Origin: Clostridia bacterium
GTDB lineage: Bacteria; Bacillota; Clostridia; UBA1212; DUPL01
Direction of reading: 5' to 3'
DNA length: 64,000 nt
Assembly (NCBI GenBank): GCA_050951325.1
Contig: JBMNIW010000004.1
Coordinates: 64,001 to 128,000, forward strand
In this document: positions 9,228 through 20,854 of the stretch, piece by piece
Numbering within the stretch: position 1 is the stretch's first letter
Layout of the letters: every line of letters starts with the position of its first letter
Translations under genes and position numbers: made by a program
The notes under the pieces: generated by a model
The model's input: only the letters and a program-made list of their open reading frames with translations
What the model was told of the DNA's origin: nothing
Database searches by the model: none

Positions 9228-10985
9228 TTACAGGTTGTTGATTCTTTCTTTTTGAGCTTCAAATTGATTTCTAACTTCAACAGGAAGCTTGTCGAACTTG
9301 CCAAGATGCTCTTCCTGACTCTTGAGCTCCTCTATCCAGTCTTCCTTGTTGACGTCAAGAATGCTCTTAAGTGTATCAAGATCAACATCAGTGCCTTCCA
9401 GATCGATATCTCCTGGGTTTGGCAGATATCCTATAGGAGTCTTGACAGCGTCCGCCTTGTCATTGCATCTGTCCAGTATCCAGAGTAGTACTCTGAGGTT
9501 GTCACCGAATCCAGGCCAGATGAACTTGCCTTCGTCATCAAGTCTAAACCAGTTAACATTGAAAATCTTTGGCGGATTTGGAATCTTCCTGCCCATTTCA
9601 ATCCAATGCTGGAAGTACTCGCCCATATTGTATCCGCAGAATGGCAGCATTGCCATAGGATCTCTTCTAACAACTCCAACCTTGCCTGTTGCAGCAGCGG
9701 TTGTCTCGGATGCCATGGTTGCACCTACGTATACACCATGCTCCCAATCAAAGGACTGGTATACGAGCGGAGCAAGTTTTGCACGACGTCCGCCAAATAC
9801 GATAGCCGAAATGGGCACACCGTTTGGATCCTCGAACTTGTCAGAAATGCACGGGCACTGTTTTGCAGGTGCTGTAAATCTTGAGTTTGGATGTGCAGCT
9901 TTGGCATCCATGTCCGGCGTCCATGGATTGCCTCTCCAATCAAGCGCTTTTTCTGGTGCGGGAACACCCATGCCTTCCCACCATACTTCCTTGTTTTCCG
10001 TCAATGCAACGTTTGTAAATATTGTATTCTTTTTTGTGGTCAGAAGCGCATTTGGATTGGACTTCATGCTGGTTCCAGGAGCAACGCCAAAGAAACCTGC
10101 TTCCGGGTTGATTGCCCAGAGTCTTCCGTCCTTGCCAATTCTGAGCCACGCAATATCGTCACCTACTGTCCAGACTTTGTAACCTGCCTTCTTGTACTTC
10201 TCAGGTGGAATCAACATCGCAAGGTTTGTTTTACCGCATGCGCTTGGGAAAGCAGCTGCAATATACTCTACCTTTCCATTTGGATCCTCTATTCCAAGAA
10301 TAAGCATGTGCTCTGCCATCCATCCTTCTCTTCTGCCCAGAGCGCTGGCTATACGAAGTGCAAAGCACTTCTTACCCAGGAGAACATTTCCGCCGTAGCC
10401 GGAACCTATGGACCAGATTGCATTATCCTCTGGGAAGTGGCATATGAATCTCTTCTCTGGATCCAACTCTCCCTTGGAATGGAGTCCTTTAACAAAATCA
10501 TTGGAATCGCCAAGGAAATCCATTGCAATTTTTCCTATGCGAGTCATTATTCTCATATTCAAAACAACATAAATACTGTCTGTAATCTCGATACCAACTT
10601 TGCTGAATTCAGAACCTGGAGGTCCCATCAAGTATGGGATAACATACATTGTCCTACCCTTCATTGAACCATTGAACAAATTGCCTAGTCTTGCATAAGC
10701 GTAGCTTTTCTCCATCCAATTGTTAGTAGGACCTGCATTTTCCTTTTTTGAGGTACAAATGAAAGTAAGATGTTCCACGCGGGCAACATCATTTTCCGCA
10801 GTTCTATGATAATAGCATCCGGGATATGTTTCTTGGTTAAGTTCGACAAGCTCTCCTGTAGACAAAGCCTGTTTTGTAAGTCTGTCTTTTTCTTCTTCGG
10901 AGCCATCGATCCACACAATTTCATCGGGTTGTGTCAATTGAGCCATCTGCTCTACCCATTCATTTACATATTTGTTGTTATACAT
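9228..10985 (-). CDS. pckG: Phosphoenolpyruvate carboxykinase (GTP)
   Basis: GSGYGGNVLLGKKCFALR, AFPSACGKTNLAM, VGDDIAW and RRDPMAMLPFCGY motifs. Confidence 0.98.
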   Translation of the reverse strand: MYNNKYVNEWVEQMAQLTQPDEIVWIDGSEEEKDRLTKQALSTGELVELNQETYPGCYYHRTAENDVARVEHLTFICTSKKENAGPTNNWMEKSYAYARLGNLFNGSMKGRTMYVIPYLMGPPGSEFSKVGIEITDSIYVVLNMRIMTRIGKIAMDFLGDSNDFVKGLHSKGELDPEKRFICHFPEDNAIWSIGSGYGGNVLLGKKCFALRIASALGRREGWMAEHMLILGIEDPNGKVEYIAAAFPSACGKTNLAMLIPPEKYKKAGYKVWTVGDDIAWLRIGKDGRLWAINPEAGFFGVAPGTSMKSNPNALLTTKKNTIFTNVALTENKEVWWEGMGVPAPEKALDWRGNPWTPDMDAKAAHPNSRFTAPAKQCPCISDKFEDPNGVPISAIVFGGRRAKLAPLVYQSFDWEHGVYVGATMASETTAAATGKVGVVRRDPMAMLPFCGYNMGEYFQHWIEMGRKIPNPPKIFNVNWFRLDDEGKFIWPGFGDNLRVLLWILDRCNDKADAVKTPIGYLPNPGDIDLEGTDVDLDTLKSILDVNKEDWIEELKSQEEHLGKFDKLPVEVRNQFEAQKERINNL

Positions 10986-11107
10986 ATTTCTACCTCTTTC
11001 TGAGCATTAAAATTTTATAAATAAAAATGCCTATTTTATTATATCTTATTAGCAATAAAATACAATAATAAGGAATTAAAATAACTTATAACATTTTATT
11101 AACTTTT

Positions 11108-11983
11108 TTATTTTGTGTGAATATCGTACAAAATATTCGAAAGAGTACCAAATTCTTCACCCGAAAGAACCTCTCCCCTTATGGAAATACCCTTGCCCAT
11201 CTCTTCCAAAGCCTTGCAAACGTCTTCTCTTGTAACATTTAAATAGGGAGCATTGGAAAGACTGTTTGCAAGGGTTTTCCTTCTCTGGGCAAAAGAAGCC
11301 TTCAGCACCTTGAAGAAGAAATCCTGGTCCTTGAGGTGAAATGGTCTTTCTTTCCTTACGTCAAACCGTATCACGCTTGAATCCACATTGGGTTTTGGTA
11401 TGAAAACAGACGGTGAAACTTTAAAAAGACTTTTGGGATAGGCAAAGTAGTTGACAGCAACAGTAAGCATGCCGTATTCCTTCCCTCCGGGTTTTGCACA
11501 AATTCTCTCCGCCACTTCCTTTTGAACCAAAAACGTCATGGACTCAAGATTCATTACATTCTCCTCAAGAAATTTCATGATTATTGGTGTTGTAATATAA
11601 TATGGAAGGTTGGCAACAACCTTTACATTTTTATCAGAGCAATACTTTTCAATAATTTCCTTGTTTATGTCAAGCTTCAAAACATCCTCGTTGACAATCT
11701 CAATGTTTTCATAGTCCTCCTTGAGATGCTCCAGCACCGGGATGAGCTTTTTGTCAATTTCCACGGCAATAACCTTATTTGCCCTCTCGGCAAGATACGA
11801 TGTCATAACGCCAAGACCCGGTCCTATTTCGATAACACAGTCATCCTTGTCTATATCCGCAGATAAAACAATTTTCTCCACAATGTTATAATCGTGGAGA
11901 AAATTCTGTCCAAGTTTTTTTACAGGTTCAATGTTGTAAACCTTCATCAATTCTTTTGTATTGATTTTCTTTCCTCTTTCCAA
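11108..11983 (-). CDS. rsmA: 16S rRNA dimethyladenosine transferase
   Basis: KKLGQNFL, EIGPGLG, VVANLPYYITTPI and QRRKTL motifs. Confidence 0.97.
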   Translation of the reverse strand: MERGKKINTKELMKVYNIEPVKKLGQNFLHDYNIVEKIVLSADIDKDDCVIEIGPGLGVMTSYLAERANKVIAVEIDKKLIPVLEHLKEDYENIEIVNEDVLKLDINKEIIEKYCSDKNVKVVANLPYYITTPIIMKFLEENVMNLESMTFLVQKEVAERICAKPGGKEYGMLTVAVNYFAYPKSLFKVSPSVFIPKPNVDSSVIRFDVRKERPFHLKDQDFFFKVLKASFAQRRKTLANSLSNAPYLNVTREDVCKALEEMGKGISIRGEVLSGEEFGTLSNILYDIHTK

Positions 11984-12041
11984 ATTGATCCAATCTTCCT
12001 TTCAGGGATAACTCAATTAGTGTATTTAGCTGATATATATT

Positions 12042-13097
12042 TTATCCCCTTAACGAAAAAACATCAATAGATTGGTCATGCAAAACATAAACTTTTACTT
12101 TCTTTATGCCCCATCTGAAGCATTCTTCCTCGGTGTCCATGAACAAATCAATCTTGTGACCCTTGATTGCACCACCGGTATCCCATGCCACGCAAAAACC
12201 GTAATCCCATACTCCATACATACCTTCGACATAAAGTTTTGTACCAAGCGGAATCACAGTTGGATCCACTGCCACAACACCGACTCTTGCCCTCTTGCCA
12301 GGCATATGTACTGCATAACCCCACTTTTCGCAGGCTGTGTACGCAGTTGCAGTCATTTCATACGCTTGCGTATAGCTGACTGTCTGACCTCTCGAGTTGA
12401 CAAAGTTTGCAATGGTTCCGTAAGCAATTATTTCCTTGATCGGATTCACTGTTATCTTGTCAGATACGAGAGTGCGTGAAATTTCCACATTTTCTTCTTT
12501 GATTACACGGTATACCAAGGTTCTTACACCTTCCCTACCCGGGGTAAGTACCTTAGTCTGACCCTTCAGCAGATAGTTTGACGGAACGTATTCCGTCTCA
12601 TATTCAATTGTTATGTTCTCAATATCATATTCTTCCTGTATCCTTACGATGGATAGATTCATCCCATTTTCGGTTATCTCATCCAGCTCCGCTCCTATTA
12701 CCAAATCCCGGGCAGTAAGCTCTATATCGTTCTGTTCCAACACTTCTGAAACTGTTGACTGTCGGGATTTAATCATTACTTCCCTGCCTTCAACATTTAC
12801 AGTAAGTGTAATTGGGGTTTCGATCTCAATGAAATCGACTCCGGAAAGGGATGTATCTATATCATGATTTATGTAGTCGTCTTCTGTAAGATTAATACCT
12901 GCTACCGATAAGGCCTCCTTTACGGTTCTACCGGTGGTCGTAACATCAATAAGTGTTCCGTTGTAACATATGGTAACCGTGTTTATGTTGCTGGCGAAGA
13001 TCCCGGACGCCAAAGCTATGGACATTACTGTCACGCCAATAAGCATTACAGGATATCTAACCAACGCAAACAGTTTAGCATATTTACCTTTCTTCAA
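12042..13097 (-). CDS. YabE-like cell wall protein (DUF348 repeats, G5, 3D domain)
   Basis: N-terminal TM; ATAY, VAVDPTVIPLGT and DTGGAIKGHKIDLF 3D motifs; lies between tatD and rsmA. Confidence 0.9.
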   Translation of the reverse strand: MKKGKYAKLFALVRYPVMLIGVTVMSIALASGIFASNINTVTICYNGTLIDVTTTGRTVKEALSVAGINLTEDDYINHDIDTSLSGVDFIEIETPITLTVNVEGREVMIKSRQSTVSEVLEQNDIELTARDLVIGAELDEITENGMNLSIVRIQEEYDIENITIEYETEYVPSNYLLKGQTKVLTPGREGVRTLVYRVIKEENVEISRTLVSDKITVNPIKEIIAYGTIANFVNSRGQTVSYTQAYEMTATAYTACEKWGYAVHMPGKRARVGVVAVDPTVIPLGTKLYVEGMYGVWDYGFCVAWDTGGAIKGHKIDLFMDTEEECFRWGIKKVKVYVLHDQSIDVFSLRG

Positions 13098-13142
13098 AGT
13101 ATCAACTCCTGTTAAGTATGTTTACAGCTAAACACCTGTCAG

Positions 13143-13171
13143 ATTCTATTATATCTTATGCAAAGTGTCAA
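13143..13171 (-). promoter_or_regulatory. SigA promoter of the yabE-like gene
   Basis: TTGACA-17-TAGAAT. Confidence 0.8.
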
Positions 13172-13187
13172 CTTTTTAGTAAAAACT

Positions 13188-13247
13188 TTGTGCACTGTGC
13201 ACAACATTTCATAAAATATTCCAGTTACGCTTGTGCACTATACACAA
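13188..13247. promoter_or_regulatory. Pair of 17-bp palindromic operators
   Basis: TTGTGCACTGTGCACAA (13188-13204) and TTGTGCACTATACACAA (13231-13247). Confidence 0.65.
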
Positions 13248-13999
13248 AAAAAACGCTTTGCATTGATATTTGTCAGTTCAACAAGTTCTTCGTAATCCAT
13301 TCCTTTTATCTCAGCAATTTTTCTTGCAACATATGAAAGGTACATGGACTCGTTTCTTCTTCCTCTGTACGGTACGGGAGTCATATATGGTGCGTCCGTT
13401 TCCAGCATAAGCCTGTCATTTGGTATGGCATCCAATGCCTTTACAATCTTTTTGGCATTCTTGAACGTAACAACTCCACCTATCGAATAGTATAAATCAA
13501 GCTTGTTTGCCTCAAGTGCAGTCTCGAAACTTCCGGTAAAGCAGTGCAGAACCCCTCCAATATCATTGACTCTTTCTTCCTTGAGAATTCTGAGAGTCTC
13601 TTCAGTTGCTTCCCTGGAATGGATAACAACCGGCTTTTTAACTTCCCTGGCCAGATTGATATTTGCCCTAAAACTCTTAACCTGAATTTCTCTCGGGGAA
13701 AAATCATAGTGGAAATCAAGGCCTGTCTCCCCGATTGCCACCACATTATCATCAAGCGCCCTTTTGTAAAGCTGCTCCATAACCTCCTCCGAGAAGCTGT
13801 TTGCATTATGCGGATGAATGCCGCAGGTTGCATATACGAAGTTGTACGTATTTGCAAGCTCTATGCATGCATCCGTAGTCTTCAAATCCTGGGCTGCATT
13901 TACGATAAAATGGACGTACTCCTTATTACGCATTAAAGTTTCATGCCGGTCCTCGTCAAAAGCGCTGTCATCATAATGTGCGTGAGTGTCTACAAACAT
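13238..13999 (-). CDS. tatD: TatD family deoxyribonuclease
   Basis: DTHAH, GIHPH, IGETGLD, IHSREA and LETDAPY motifs. Confidence 0.95.
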   Translation of the reverse strand: MFVDTHAHYDDSAFDEDRHETLMRNKEYVHFIVNAAQDLKTTDACIELANTYNFVYATCGIHPHNANSFSEEVMEQLYKRALDDNVVAIGETGLDFHYDFSPREIQVKSFRANINLAREVKKPVVIHSREATEETLRILKEERVNDIGGVLHCFTGSFETALEANKLDLYYSIGGVVTFKNAKKIVKALDAIPNDRLMLETDAPYMTPVPYRGRRNESMYLSYVARKIAEIKGMDYEELVELTNINAKRFFCV

Positions 14000-14011
14000 T
14001 TTTACATCCTT

Positions 14012-14878
14012 TCACAGATCCGAGTATAATCCTTCAACTTCCCTTACATCCTTGATTATAATGAATGCATCCGGGTCATGTCGGTCTATTATCCTTCTCA
14101 AAGCCGTAAGCTGCCGGTTATATATCACGCAAATCAATATATCGATATGCGCACCTGTATACATGCCGGTTCCAGCCATCTTTGTAGTCCCCCTATCAAG
14201 CTCCGTCATTACGTCTTTTGCAATGTCTTCCGCCTTGTTTGTCATCACATATACTTCTTTCGCATAGTGGAGACCTGCTTCCACCACATCAATAAGTTTT
14301 GAAGTTAGGAAGATGGTTATTCCCGCATAAAGGGCAAAAACAGGTTTTTCATACGTTATGGCCACCAGTGTAAGGATTAATATGTCCATTGCAAGAAGCA
14401 GCTGTCCCAATGACAGCCATGAAAACTTTCTCTGCAGAAGTCTTGCTGCAATGTCGGTTCCTCCTGTCGTAAAACCTGCTCTGAAGATGAGACCGAGTCC
14501 CATGCCGTACAAAACACCACCCCAAATACTCGAAAGGATAAAATCATTTACGACACCATCGGTGGTTAATCCGATTTTGTCTGAAATGCCTATCCAGTTT
14601 ATTACGGAAAGTACGTCTATCATGATGGAAAAAAGAATCGTTCCAACAAAACTTCTGAATATGAATGATTTTCCTAGAACCTTGTACCCTGCAATGAACA
14701 AGGGGATGTTAAGAATGGCGGTCAACGTACCTACTGGAATCAGACCCTTTGTAAGCATGTTTATAATTACTGCAATTCCGGAAACACCGCCGGGGGCGAT
14801 GTCTCCAGGTATCAGTATCAAATTAAAGCTTATTCCGGCTATGATTGCGCCTAATAACAATAAAAGTATTTTCTTCAA
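14012..14878 (-). CDS. YitT family membrane protein
   Basis: APGGVSGIA, TTGGTDI, RGTT...GMYTG and DPDAFI motifs. Confidence 0.92.
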   Translation of the reverse strand: MKKILLLLLGAIIAGISFNLILIPGDIAPGGVSGIAVIINMLTKGLIPVGTLTAILNIPLFIAGYKVLGKSFIFRSFVGTILFSIMIDVLSVINWIGISDKIGLTTDGVVNDFILSSIWGGVLYGMGLGLIFRAGFTTGGTDIAARLLQRKFSWLSLGQLLLAMDILILTLVAITYEKPVFALYAGITIFLTSKLIDVVEAGLHYAKEVYVMTNKAEDIAKDVMTELDRGTTKMAGTGMYTGAHIDILICVIYNRQLTALRRIIDRHDPDAFIIIKDVREVEGLYSDL

Positions 14879-14920
14879 ACTACAGCCCTCCGATATAAAT
14901 TATTCCTAATTGTATAAGAA

Positions 14921-15649
14921 CTATTCCTCGCTGTAGTTGTGATATACCTCTATTACATCATCATTATCTTCCAGGGCATCTATAAGTTTTGCAAACTTTT
15001 CCCTGTCCTCTTCATTTTCAAGCTTCACGTAGGACTGGGGAACCATTGTAATTGAAGCTTCTGCAAATTTGTATCCCTTTTTCTCCAAAACATCCCTTAC
15101 ACTTGAAAAGGAAGAAGGAGCAGTGGCAATCTCATAAGCACCATCAATATTTGAAAAATCTTCAGCTTCCGTTTCAAGCACATCCATCATCAATGTATCT
15201 TCTTCAAAACTTCCATCGTCTTCAATAACAATAATACCCTTTCTATCAAACATAAAGGACACACAGTTGGTTGCTCCAAGATTTCCACCATATTTGTCGA
15301 AATAGTGTCTCATTTCACCAGCTGTTCTGTTACGGTTGTCTGTAACAGCCTCAACTATGACTGCAACTCCTGAAGGACCGTAACCTTCATAGGTAATTTC
15401 CTCCATGTTGTCACTCATGCCCTCGCCTGAAGCCCTTTTAATACTTCTTTGTATGTTATCATTGGGCATGTTGTTGGCCTTGGCTTTTGCAATAACATCC
15501 TTGAGTCTTGAGTTTGTTTCAGGGTCCGGACCGCCTTCGCGTACGGCAACCTGAATCTCCCTGCCAAGCTTTGTAAATATTTTTGCTCTCTGAGCGTCAG
15601 TTTTGCTCTTTTTATGCTTTATATTAGCCCACTTAGAATGACCAGCCAT
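14921..15649 (-). CDS. YebC/PmpR family protein
   Basis: [24 protein letters not shown] and TDNRNRT motifs. Confidence 0.97.
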   Translation of the reverse strand: MAGHSKWANIKHKKSKTDAQRAKIFTKLGREIQVAVREGGPDPETNSRLKDVIAKAKANNMPNDNIQRSIKRASGEGMSDNMEEITYEGYGPSGVAVIVEAVTDNRNRTAGEMRHYFDKYGGNLGATNCVSFMFDRKGIIVIEDDGSFEEDTLMMDVLETEAEDFSNIDGAYEIATAPSSFSSVRDVLEKKGYKFAEASITMVPQSYVKLENEEDREKFAKLIDALEDNDDVIEVYHNYSEE

Positions 15650-15709
15650 AAAATTCCTCCAAATTATATAAATTTATCACATCAATTATATTCGAATTTC
15701 ACCAAACCT

Positions 15710-16336
15710 TCAAGTAACAGGGTAATATTCCTTTTCCCCTAAACTTAAATAATTCTTGCCATTCGTAACCTCATTGACAATGTTGACCACCTTGTCAACT
15801 TCATCCTCCTCCACAATATATGTAACAGTGACATTTTCACCAAACACGGGAGCTTGCGCCATTTTGTCCGCAAGAGCGTTCTGCAGCTTTCCATAAAAAG
15901 TATACTCCACTGTGACACTAACAGGCTGACACAGAACCATTCTGCAAAGTCCTGCGTCGGCAATTGCCAATGAAGCAGCTTTTCCATATGCCCTTACAAG
16001 ACCTGCTGCACCAAGCAAGACCCCTCCAAAGTATCTGGTAACTACAATCACCGCATTCGTGATATCCTGTTTTCGCAAAACATCCAATACAGGAATACCA
16101 CCAGTTCCCTGCGGCTCGCCATCGTCAGAATATCTGGAAACGACTTGTCCGTCCTCATTTACAATGTACGCATAGACATTGTGCCTCGCTCCTTTGTTCA
16201 TACCCTTAATCTTTTCAATATAATCAATGCACTCCTGTTCAGTTGAAACAGGCTTTGCATATCCTATGAACTCGGACCGTTTTTCAACATATGTTCCGCT
16301 GCCCTCTTTTGATAAAGTAATATATGACCTGCTCAT
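15710..16336 (-). CDS. YigZ/IMPACT family protein
   Basis: [11 protein letters not shown] and [19 protein letters not shown] motifs. Confidence 0.95.
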   Translation of the reverse strand: MSRSYITLSKEGSGTYVEKRSEFIGYAKPVSTEQECIDYIEKIKGMNKGARHNVYAYIVNEDGQVVSRYSDDGEPQGTGGIPVLDVLRKQDITNAVIVVTRYFGGVLLGAAGLVRAYGKAASLAIADAGLCRMVLCQPVSVTVEYTFYGKLQNALADKMAQAPVFGENVTVTYIVEEDEVDKVVNIVNEVTNGKNYLSLGEKEYYPVT

Positions 16337-18135
16337 ACATTCCCTCTTTCAAATTCTCGTATTTTATGCATGTACTGGTTTGGAAGAGTGCCTGTAACTT
16401 TTATCCCATCCTCCGTATACTGTTCATCTTTCACCACTCCCTTTTCATGCAAAAAAGGAAGCACCCAAGCCTCTTTGTAAGGCACCAATATATCAAATTC
16501 TTCAAAAAACCTTGTAAAGAAGTCAAAAATACCCTTTTTAAGTTCATCAAGGCCTTCTCCAGTCCTGGCAGAAACGTAAAAAGTCTTGGCAAACACCCTG
16601 CCAGGCTTTACAACACCTCCATCACTGACGATATCCATCTTGTTCACCACAAGATACTTGGGTTTGTTTGCAGCACCGATGTCCTTTAATATAGACTCTA
16701 CCACTTCAATTCTTTCATCCAGATCAGGACTTGTGGCATCCACCACATGAAGAAGCAAATCCGCCTGGGTTGCCTCTTCCAATGTAGACTTGAAGGCCTC
16801 CACAAGATGAGTTGGCAGCTTTTTAATAAAGCCAACAGTATCAACAAGAAGATAGGTGCTGTTGTCTTCGGTAATCATTTTCCTAACTGTTGAATCCAAA
16901 GTCGCAAACAGCTTGTCCTCTACAAAAACCCCCGCCTCACAAAGGCAGTTCATAAGAGACGACTTTCCTGCATTCGTGTAACCCACCAATGAAATAACAG
17001 GAACTTCATTTTTTATTCTTTCTTTCCTCAGAACTTCCCTTTTAGATGCTATCTCCTTCAATCTGCGCTGCAGATAGTTAATTTTTCTGTTTATCGCCCG
17101 CCTGTCGGTTTCAAGCTTGGTCTCACCGGGGCCTCTTGTTCCGATACCGCCTCCGAGTCTTGACAGAATCTGACCCATTCCCGTAAGTCTTGGCAGCCTG
17201 TATTGAAGCTGCGCCAGTTCCACCTGCAATTTACCTTCCAGGCTTGTTGCCCTCTTGGCAAAAATGTCAAGAATGAGAGCGGTTCTGTCAATTATCTTTA
17301 CACCGGTAATCTCCTCCAAATTTCTTATCTGGGCGTAGCTGAGTTCATCGTCGAATATTACCAAATCAGCATTCAACGATTGCCTGTGAAAGGCCAGCTC
17401 CTCCGCCAAACCTTTACCGATGTAATATCTTGCATCAATGGATGCTCTTTTCTGGACAAAGCTGCCCACTACCAAAGCTCCCGCCGTTCTTGCCAGCTCG
17501 GCAAGCTCGTCAAGGTAAGCTTCGTCCTCTCTTGTGGATACCCCCACCAATATGGCTCTTTCCTGCTCTTCCTGAGTCACTTCCACTATTGTAGAAGTTA
17601 TAACGTCTGTTTCCTCAACAATTTCAAACAACTCATCAAACTTGTCCAGCTCTTTCATGCTGTATGGACCGTACAACTTCGTATTTGAAAGCCTCTCTTC
17701 CTCATCTCTTTCCAGCATTGTGACGGATACACCCGTAACATGAGGCTTGTCATTGTAATTAACAACGCCAATGACAATCATGCCGTCCAGTCTTAGAGTC
17801 TTGAGGGAATTCAAGTCCACATCCGAAGGCAGGCTTGAACCACCGGGATGGGTGTGTAAAAACCTTATGCCGGACAACCTGTTTGTTCCCCTTCTGTTAT
17901 CCATAAATGGAAGGGAAACAGACCTGTCGTCCCCTATTACGATGGCTTCAACCCTGTTTCTTCTATTAATATATATACCAATTTCCTTGCCAGTCTCTCC
18001 CGTAATGTAAGCCATTATATTAACAAGTTCAATCGGCACAAAACTTTCAGGCGATTGCACTGAATCTATAAATGTTTCAAGATAATCCAGATGAGCTTGT
18101 TTTACAGCTTGTGTGTTTCCAAGAACTTTTCCCAT
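16333..18135 (-). CDS. hflX: GTPase HflX, long form with N-terminal extension
   Basis: [28 protein letters not shown] and NKMD motifs. Start set at ATG 18135 (GGAGG RBS). Confidence 0.96.
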   Translation of the reverse strand: MGKVLGNTQAVKQAHLDYLETFIDSVQSPESFVPIELVNIMAYITGETGKEIGIYINRRNRVEAIVIGDDRSVSLPFMDNRRGTNRLSGIRFLHTHPGGSSLPSDVDLNSLKTLRLDGMIVIGVVNYNDKPHVTGVSVTMLERDEEERLSNTKLYGPYSMKELDKFDELFEIVEETDVITSTIVEVTQEEQERAILVGVSTREDEAYLDELAELARTAGALVVGSFVQKRASIDARYYIGKGLAEELAFHRQSLNADLVIFDDELSYAQIRNLEEITGVKIIDRTALILDIFAKRATSLEGKLQVELAQLQYRLPRLTGMGQILSRLGGGIGTRGPGETKLETDRRAINRKINYLQRRLKEIASKREVLRKERIKNEVPVISLVGYTNAGKSSLMNCLCEAGVFVEDKLFATLDSTVRKMITEDNSTYLLVDTVGFIKKLPTHLVEAFKSTLEEATQADLLLHVVDATSPDLDERIEVVESILKDIGAANKPKYLVVNKMDIVSDGGVVKPGRVFAKTFYVSARTGEGLDELKKGIFDFFTRFFEEFDILVPYKEAWVLPFLHEKGVVKDEQYTEDGIKVTGTLPNQYMHKIREFERGNV

Positions 18136-18193
18136 ATACCCTCCAAAACATGTACTTATTCTATTGTACCCCAAATTTAATAAGTTTGGCAAA

Positions 18194-19708
18194 TCATATC
18201 TTTTGTATTGGACGTTGGGGAAATTTGTTAAGATAGAAAAGCGATGCAACCAGAAAGCCGCAAATGCATGACAGTCCTCCAGCCAACATCCATCCATAAT
18301 GATATTTTTTTAAATACTCTAAAAAGAAGGTGCCAGCCGAGAATATGACAATTGCAGGCAGCATGGGTTTAAGCAGCCACTCTCTCAGATCAAGAAACAT
18401 CCGGGTTTGATAAACGAGATATAGAATATCTATGGTTGTCATTATCAGCATGCTTGCAAAGGATCCGACAATATATCCGTTAACACCATATATGGGCACT
18501 ACAAACCATACAAAACTAATCCTGACTATATATCCCACTGTTGTGCTGAAAAGAGCATATCCCTGTTTCCCAAGGCCGTTCAGAATTCCCATCATTGTCT
18601 GCTGAAGATAAAGGAGTATGCATAGCCAGGACATGTTTTTCAATATGCTTCCCACATCCTGACCTTTGTATAAAAAATCTCCAATATAATCTCCGAAGGT
18701 GTAGAACAGGGAAAAACATGCAAATCCAAGGAGGAAACTTAATTTTATGCACCTGGATATCCTGAGATTTGCCAGCTTGTGTCTTTTCAAGGACAAAGCC
18801 TGGGATATGGCAGGTACCAATTGGGTTGCAAGAGCTGAGGTGATTACTGTTGGAAAGTATATTAAAGGACTTGCCATGCCGGAAAGTCTTCCCAACGCTT
18901 CAATACTTGACTTGTAGTCAAGTCCGCCTGCCAGAAACCTTGCAGGCAAAAGGATGGCCTCCACCGCCCCCATAATTGAAGTAAGCAGCCTGTTTATTGA
19001 TACGGGGATCGATCTTTTTGCAATAACGATTGCTGTCTTTCTTCTTGAAAGGGTTGCTGATTTTAAATATGGCTTTTTTGTTTCCTTGTAGAAAACACAA
19101 CCTACCACCAATAGGTTGGCCATTTCCCCAATGGCTGCCGATACCGTTGCAAGAGCGCAGGCATAGGCCAGATCCTGCCCTGCAATCTTTACAGCCAAAA
19201 CAAAAATAACCCCAATCCTCACAATTTGTTCAACCACTTGGGATATGGCAGTGGGGGTTACATGCATGGAGCCGTAAAAATATCCTCTAATACTTGAAGC
19301 TGCTGCCACAATAGGTATGCAGGGAGCCAGAAGGACCAGGGAAAGATAAGTTCTTTCATCCCCCAATATGTTCACTGCAATATATTTTGCAAACAAAACT
19401 AGAAGACCGCTTATTAACAAACCAAGACTAAGAAGAAAGGCAAATCCTGTTTTTGCGATTCTAAGAGCGTTTTTCTCATTGCCTCTCGCCCTTTCCTGCG
19501 CTGTCATGCTGGATACGGATATAGATACACCTGACGTAAGCGTAAGAATAATGAGACTGTAGACAGGGGATGTCAGTTGAAAAAGCCCCATACCTTCTGC
19601 CCCAATCAGGTTTGACATGAATATTCTGTTTGCAAATCCCATCAACCTGACAATAAAGCCTGCGATAATCAGCTTGACGGCTCCGGTTTTGTATGTTTCC
19701 TTGCGCAT
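18194..19708 (-). CDS. spoVB: Stage V sporulation protein B / MurJ-family flippase
   Basis: [26 protein letters not shown] and ILNGLGKQ motifs; many TM helices. Confidence 0.85.
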   Translation of the reverse strand: MRKETYKTGAVKLIIAGFIVRLMGFANRIFMSNLIGAEGMGLFQLTSPVYSLIILTLTSGVSISVSSMTAQERARGNEKNALRIAKTGFAFLLSLGLLISGLLVLFAKYIAVNILGDERTYLSLVLLAPCIPIVAAASSIRGYFYGSMHVTPTAISQVVEQIVRIGVIFVLAVKIAGQDLAYACALATVSAAIGEMANLLVVGCVFYKETKKPYLKSATLSRRKTAIVIAKRSIPVSINRLLTSIMGAVEAILLPARFLAGGLDYKSSIEALGRLSGMASPLIYFPTVITSALATQLVPAISQALSLKRHKLANLRISRCIKLSFLLGFACFSLFYTFGDYIGDFLYKGQDVGSILKNMSWLCILLYLQQTMMGILNGLGKQGYALFSTTVGYIVRISFVWFVVPIYGVNGYIVGSFASMLIMTTIDILYLVYQTRMFLDLREWLLKPMLPAIVIFSAGTFFLEYLKKYHYGWMLAGGLSCICGFLVASLFYLNKFPQRPIQKI

Positions 19709-19744
19709 GTGACCAATCCATAAAAACAAGATTCTCTATAATTC

Positions 19745-20854
19745 TTATGCACTGGTCTTCTCTTTATTACTCCTTGAATAAATCCAAGCTATAACCAATC
19801 CTGCAAAGAAACCTCCGAAATGGCCGTAGTTGTCTATACCTTCAACGAACAATCCGTATAACAGATTGAAGGCAATCATGTATGCAAAAATGAAATAGTT
19901 CCCTCTTCTTCTAAAGAGATATCCCTTCTTTGAAAAGAACATCGCATATATTAAAAATCCTCCTAGCCCCATTATGCAGCCTGATGCGCCCAATGAAAGG
20001 TAGGTTGTAAAGAAATATGACAATATATTGCCTGAAAGTCCTGAAACAAAGTACAGAACAAGAAACTTCTTCTTGGGCAAATGAGGTAAAATTATATTGC
20101 CAAAATAGTAAAGAGACAGCATGTTTCCTGCCAAATGTGCAATATCCGCATGCAGGAACATGGAGGTAACAAGCCTCCACGTCTCTCCATTCCTTATTAA
20201 TTCATTATTCTGTATGCCCAATTCTGTTAGAGGCATCACACCTGATTTAAAGTAGATGTAGCCGTCAACAAGAAAAATGAATAAATTTACGAGAATCAGG
20301 ACAAATGCAACATTAAACAGACCGACTTTCGCAAGCGGCCTTAATTCACTCTGCATTTGGACATATTCTCTTTTCTGCTTGTCCAGCGTATCATCAATGC
20401 TGGAGGTTTTAAGATTATCCAGACTTCTTTCAAGAGCTTTTCTTAATTTTCTGTCCATGGGTTTTCTGCCCGTCATTGTGGAGTAGGACAGATTGTCCGA
20501 ATCTACAAAGATTGCTTCACACAGAAGACCCCGTTCATAACATTCGTCAAATTTGTCTGACAAAGCATGTTTGAATTCTTCGACAAGCATCTTTTCACCT
20601 GTGATCAGAAAATAAAAGAAAACATTTTTTGACTGCGGTGTATACATGATACTGTCGATTAATCTGTCAAGATTAAAAATGACTAAATCAGATGTGATTT
20701 CTCTTGCATTTAAAGTATATACAATAGACTCCGCACCCAATTCCCTTTTATATAACATCGGGTTTCCCGATTTGTCATCTATATAGCCAGCATTATTTAT
20801 TAGCGACAGCGAAACAAGCTTTAAAATGTTTGCAGACTTATCCGCGTCGTACAT
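19745..20854 (-). CDS. Rhomboid intramembrane serine protease with soluble N-terminal domain
   Basis: WRLVTSMFLH, HLAGNM, GASG and GHFGG motifs. Confidence 0.93.
   Translation of the reverse strand: MYDADKSANILKLVSLSLINNAGYIDDKSGNPMLYKRELGAESIVYTLNAREITSDLVIFNLDRLIDSIMYTPQSKNVFFYFLITGEKMLVEEFKHALSDKFDECYERGLLCEAIFVDSDNLSYSTMTGRKPMDRKLRKALERSLDNLKTSSIDDTLDKQKREYVQMQSELRPLAKVGLFNVAFVLILVNLFIFLVDGYIYFKSGVMPLTELGIQNNELIRNGETWRLVTSMFLHADIAHLAGNMLSLYYFGNIILPHLPKKKFLVLYFVSGLSGNILSYFFTTYLSLGASGCIMGLGGFLIYAMFFSKKGYLFRRRGNYFIFAYMIAFNLLYGLFVEGIDNYGHFGGFFAGLVIAWIYSRSNKEKTSA

Noticed and set aside
9322-10667. Plus-strand ORFs of 286 aa and 258 aa opposite pckG
   Set aside because: Antisense shadows caused by the codon bias of a highly expressed gene.
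18136-18297. Apparent hflX N-terminal extension overlapping spoVB
   Set aside because: The RBS supports a start at 18135, so the extension is an ORF-calling artefact. The remaining long N-terminal domain is a known HflX form.
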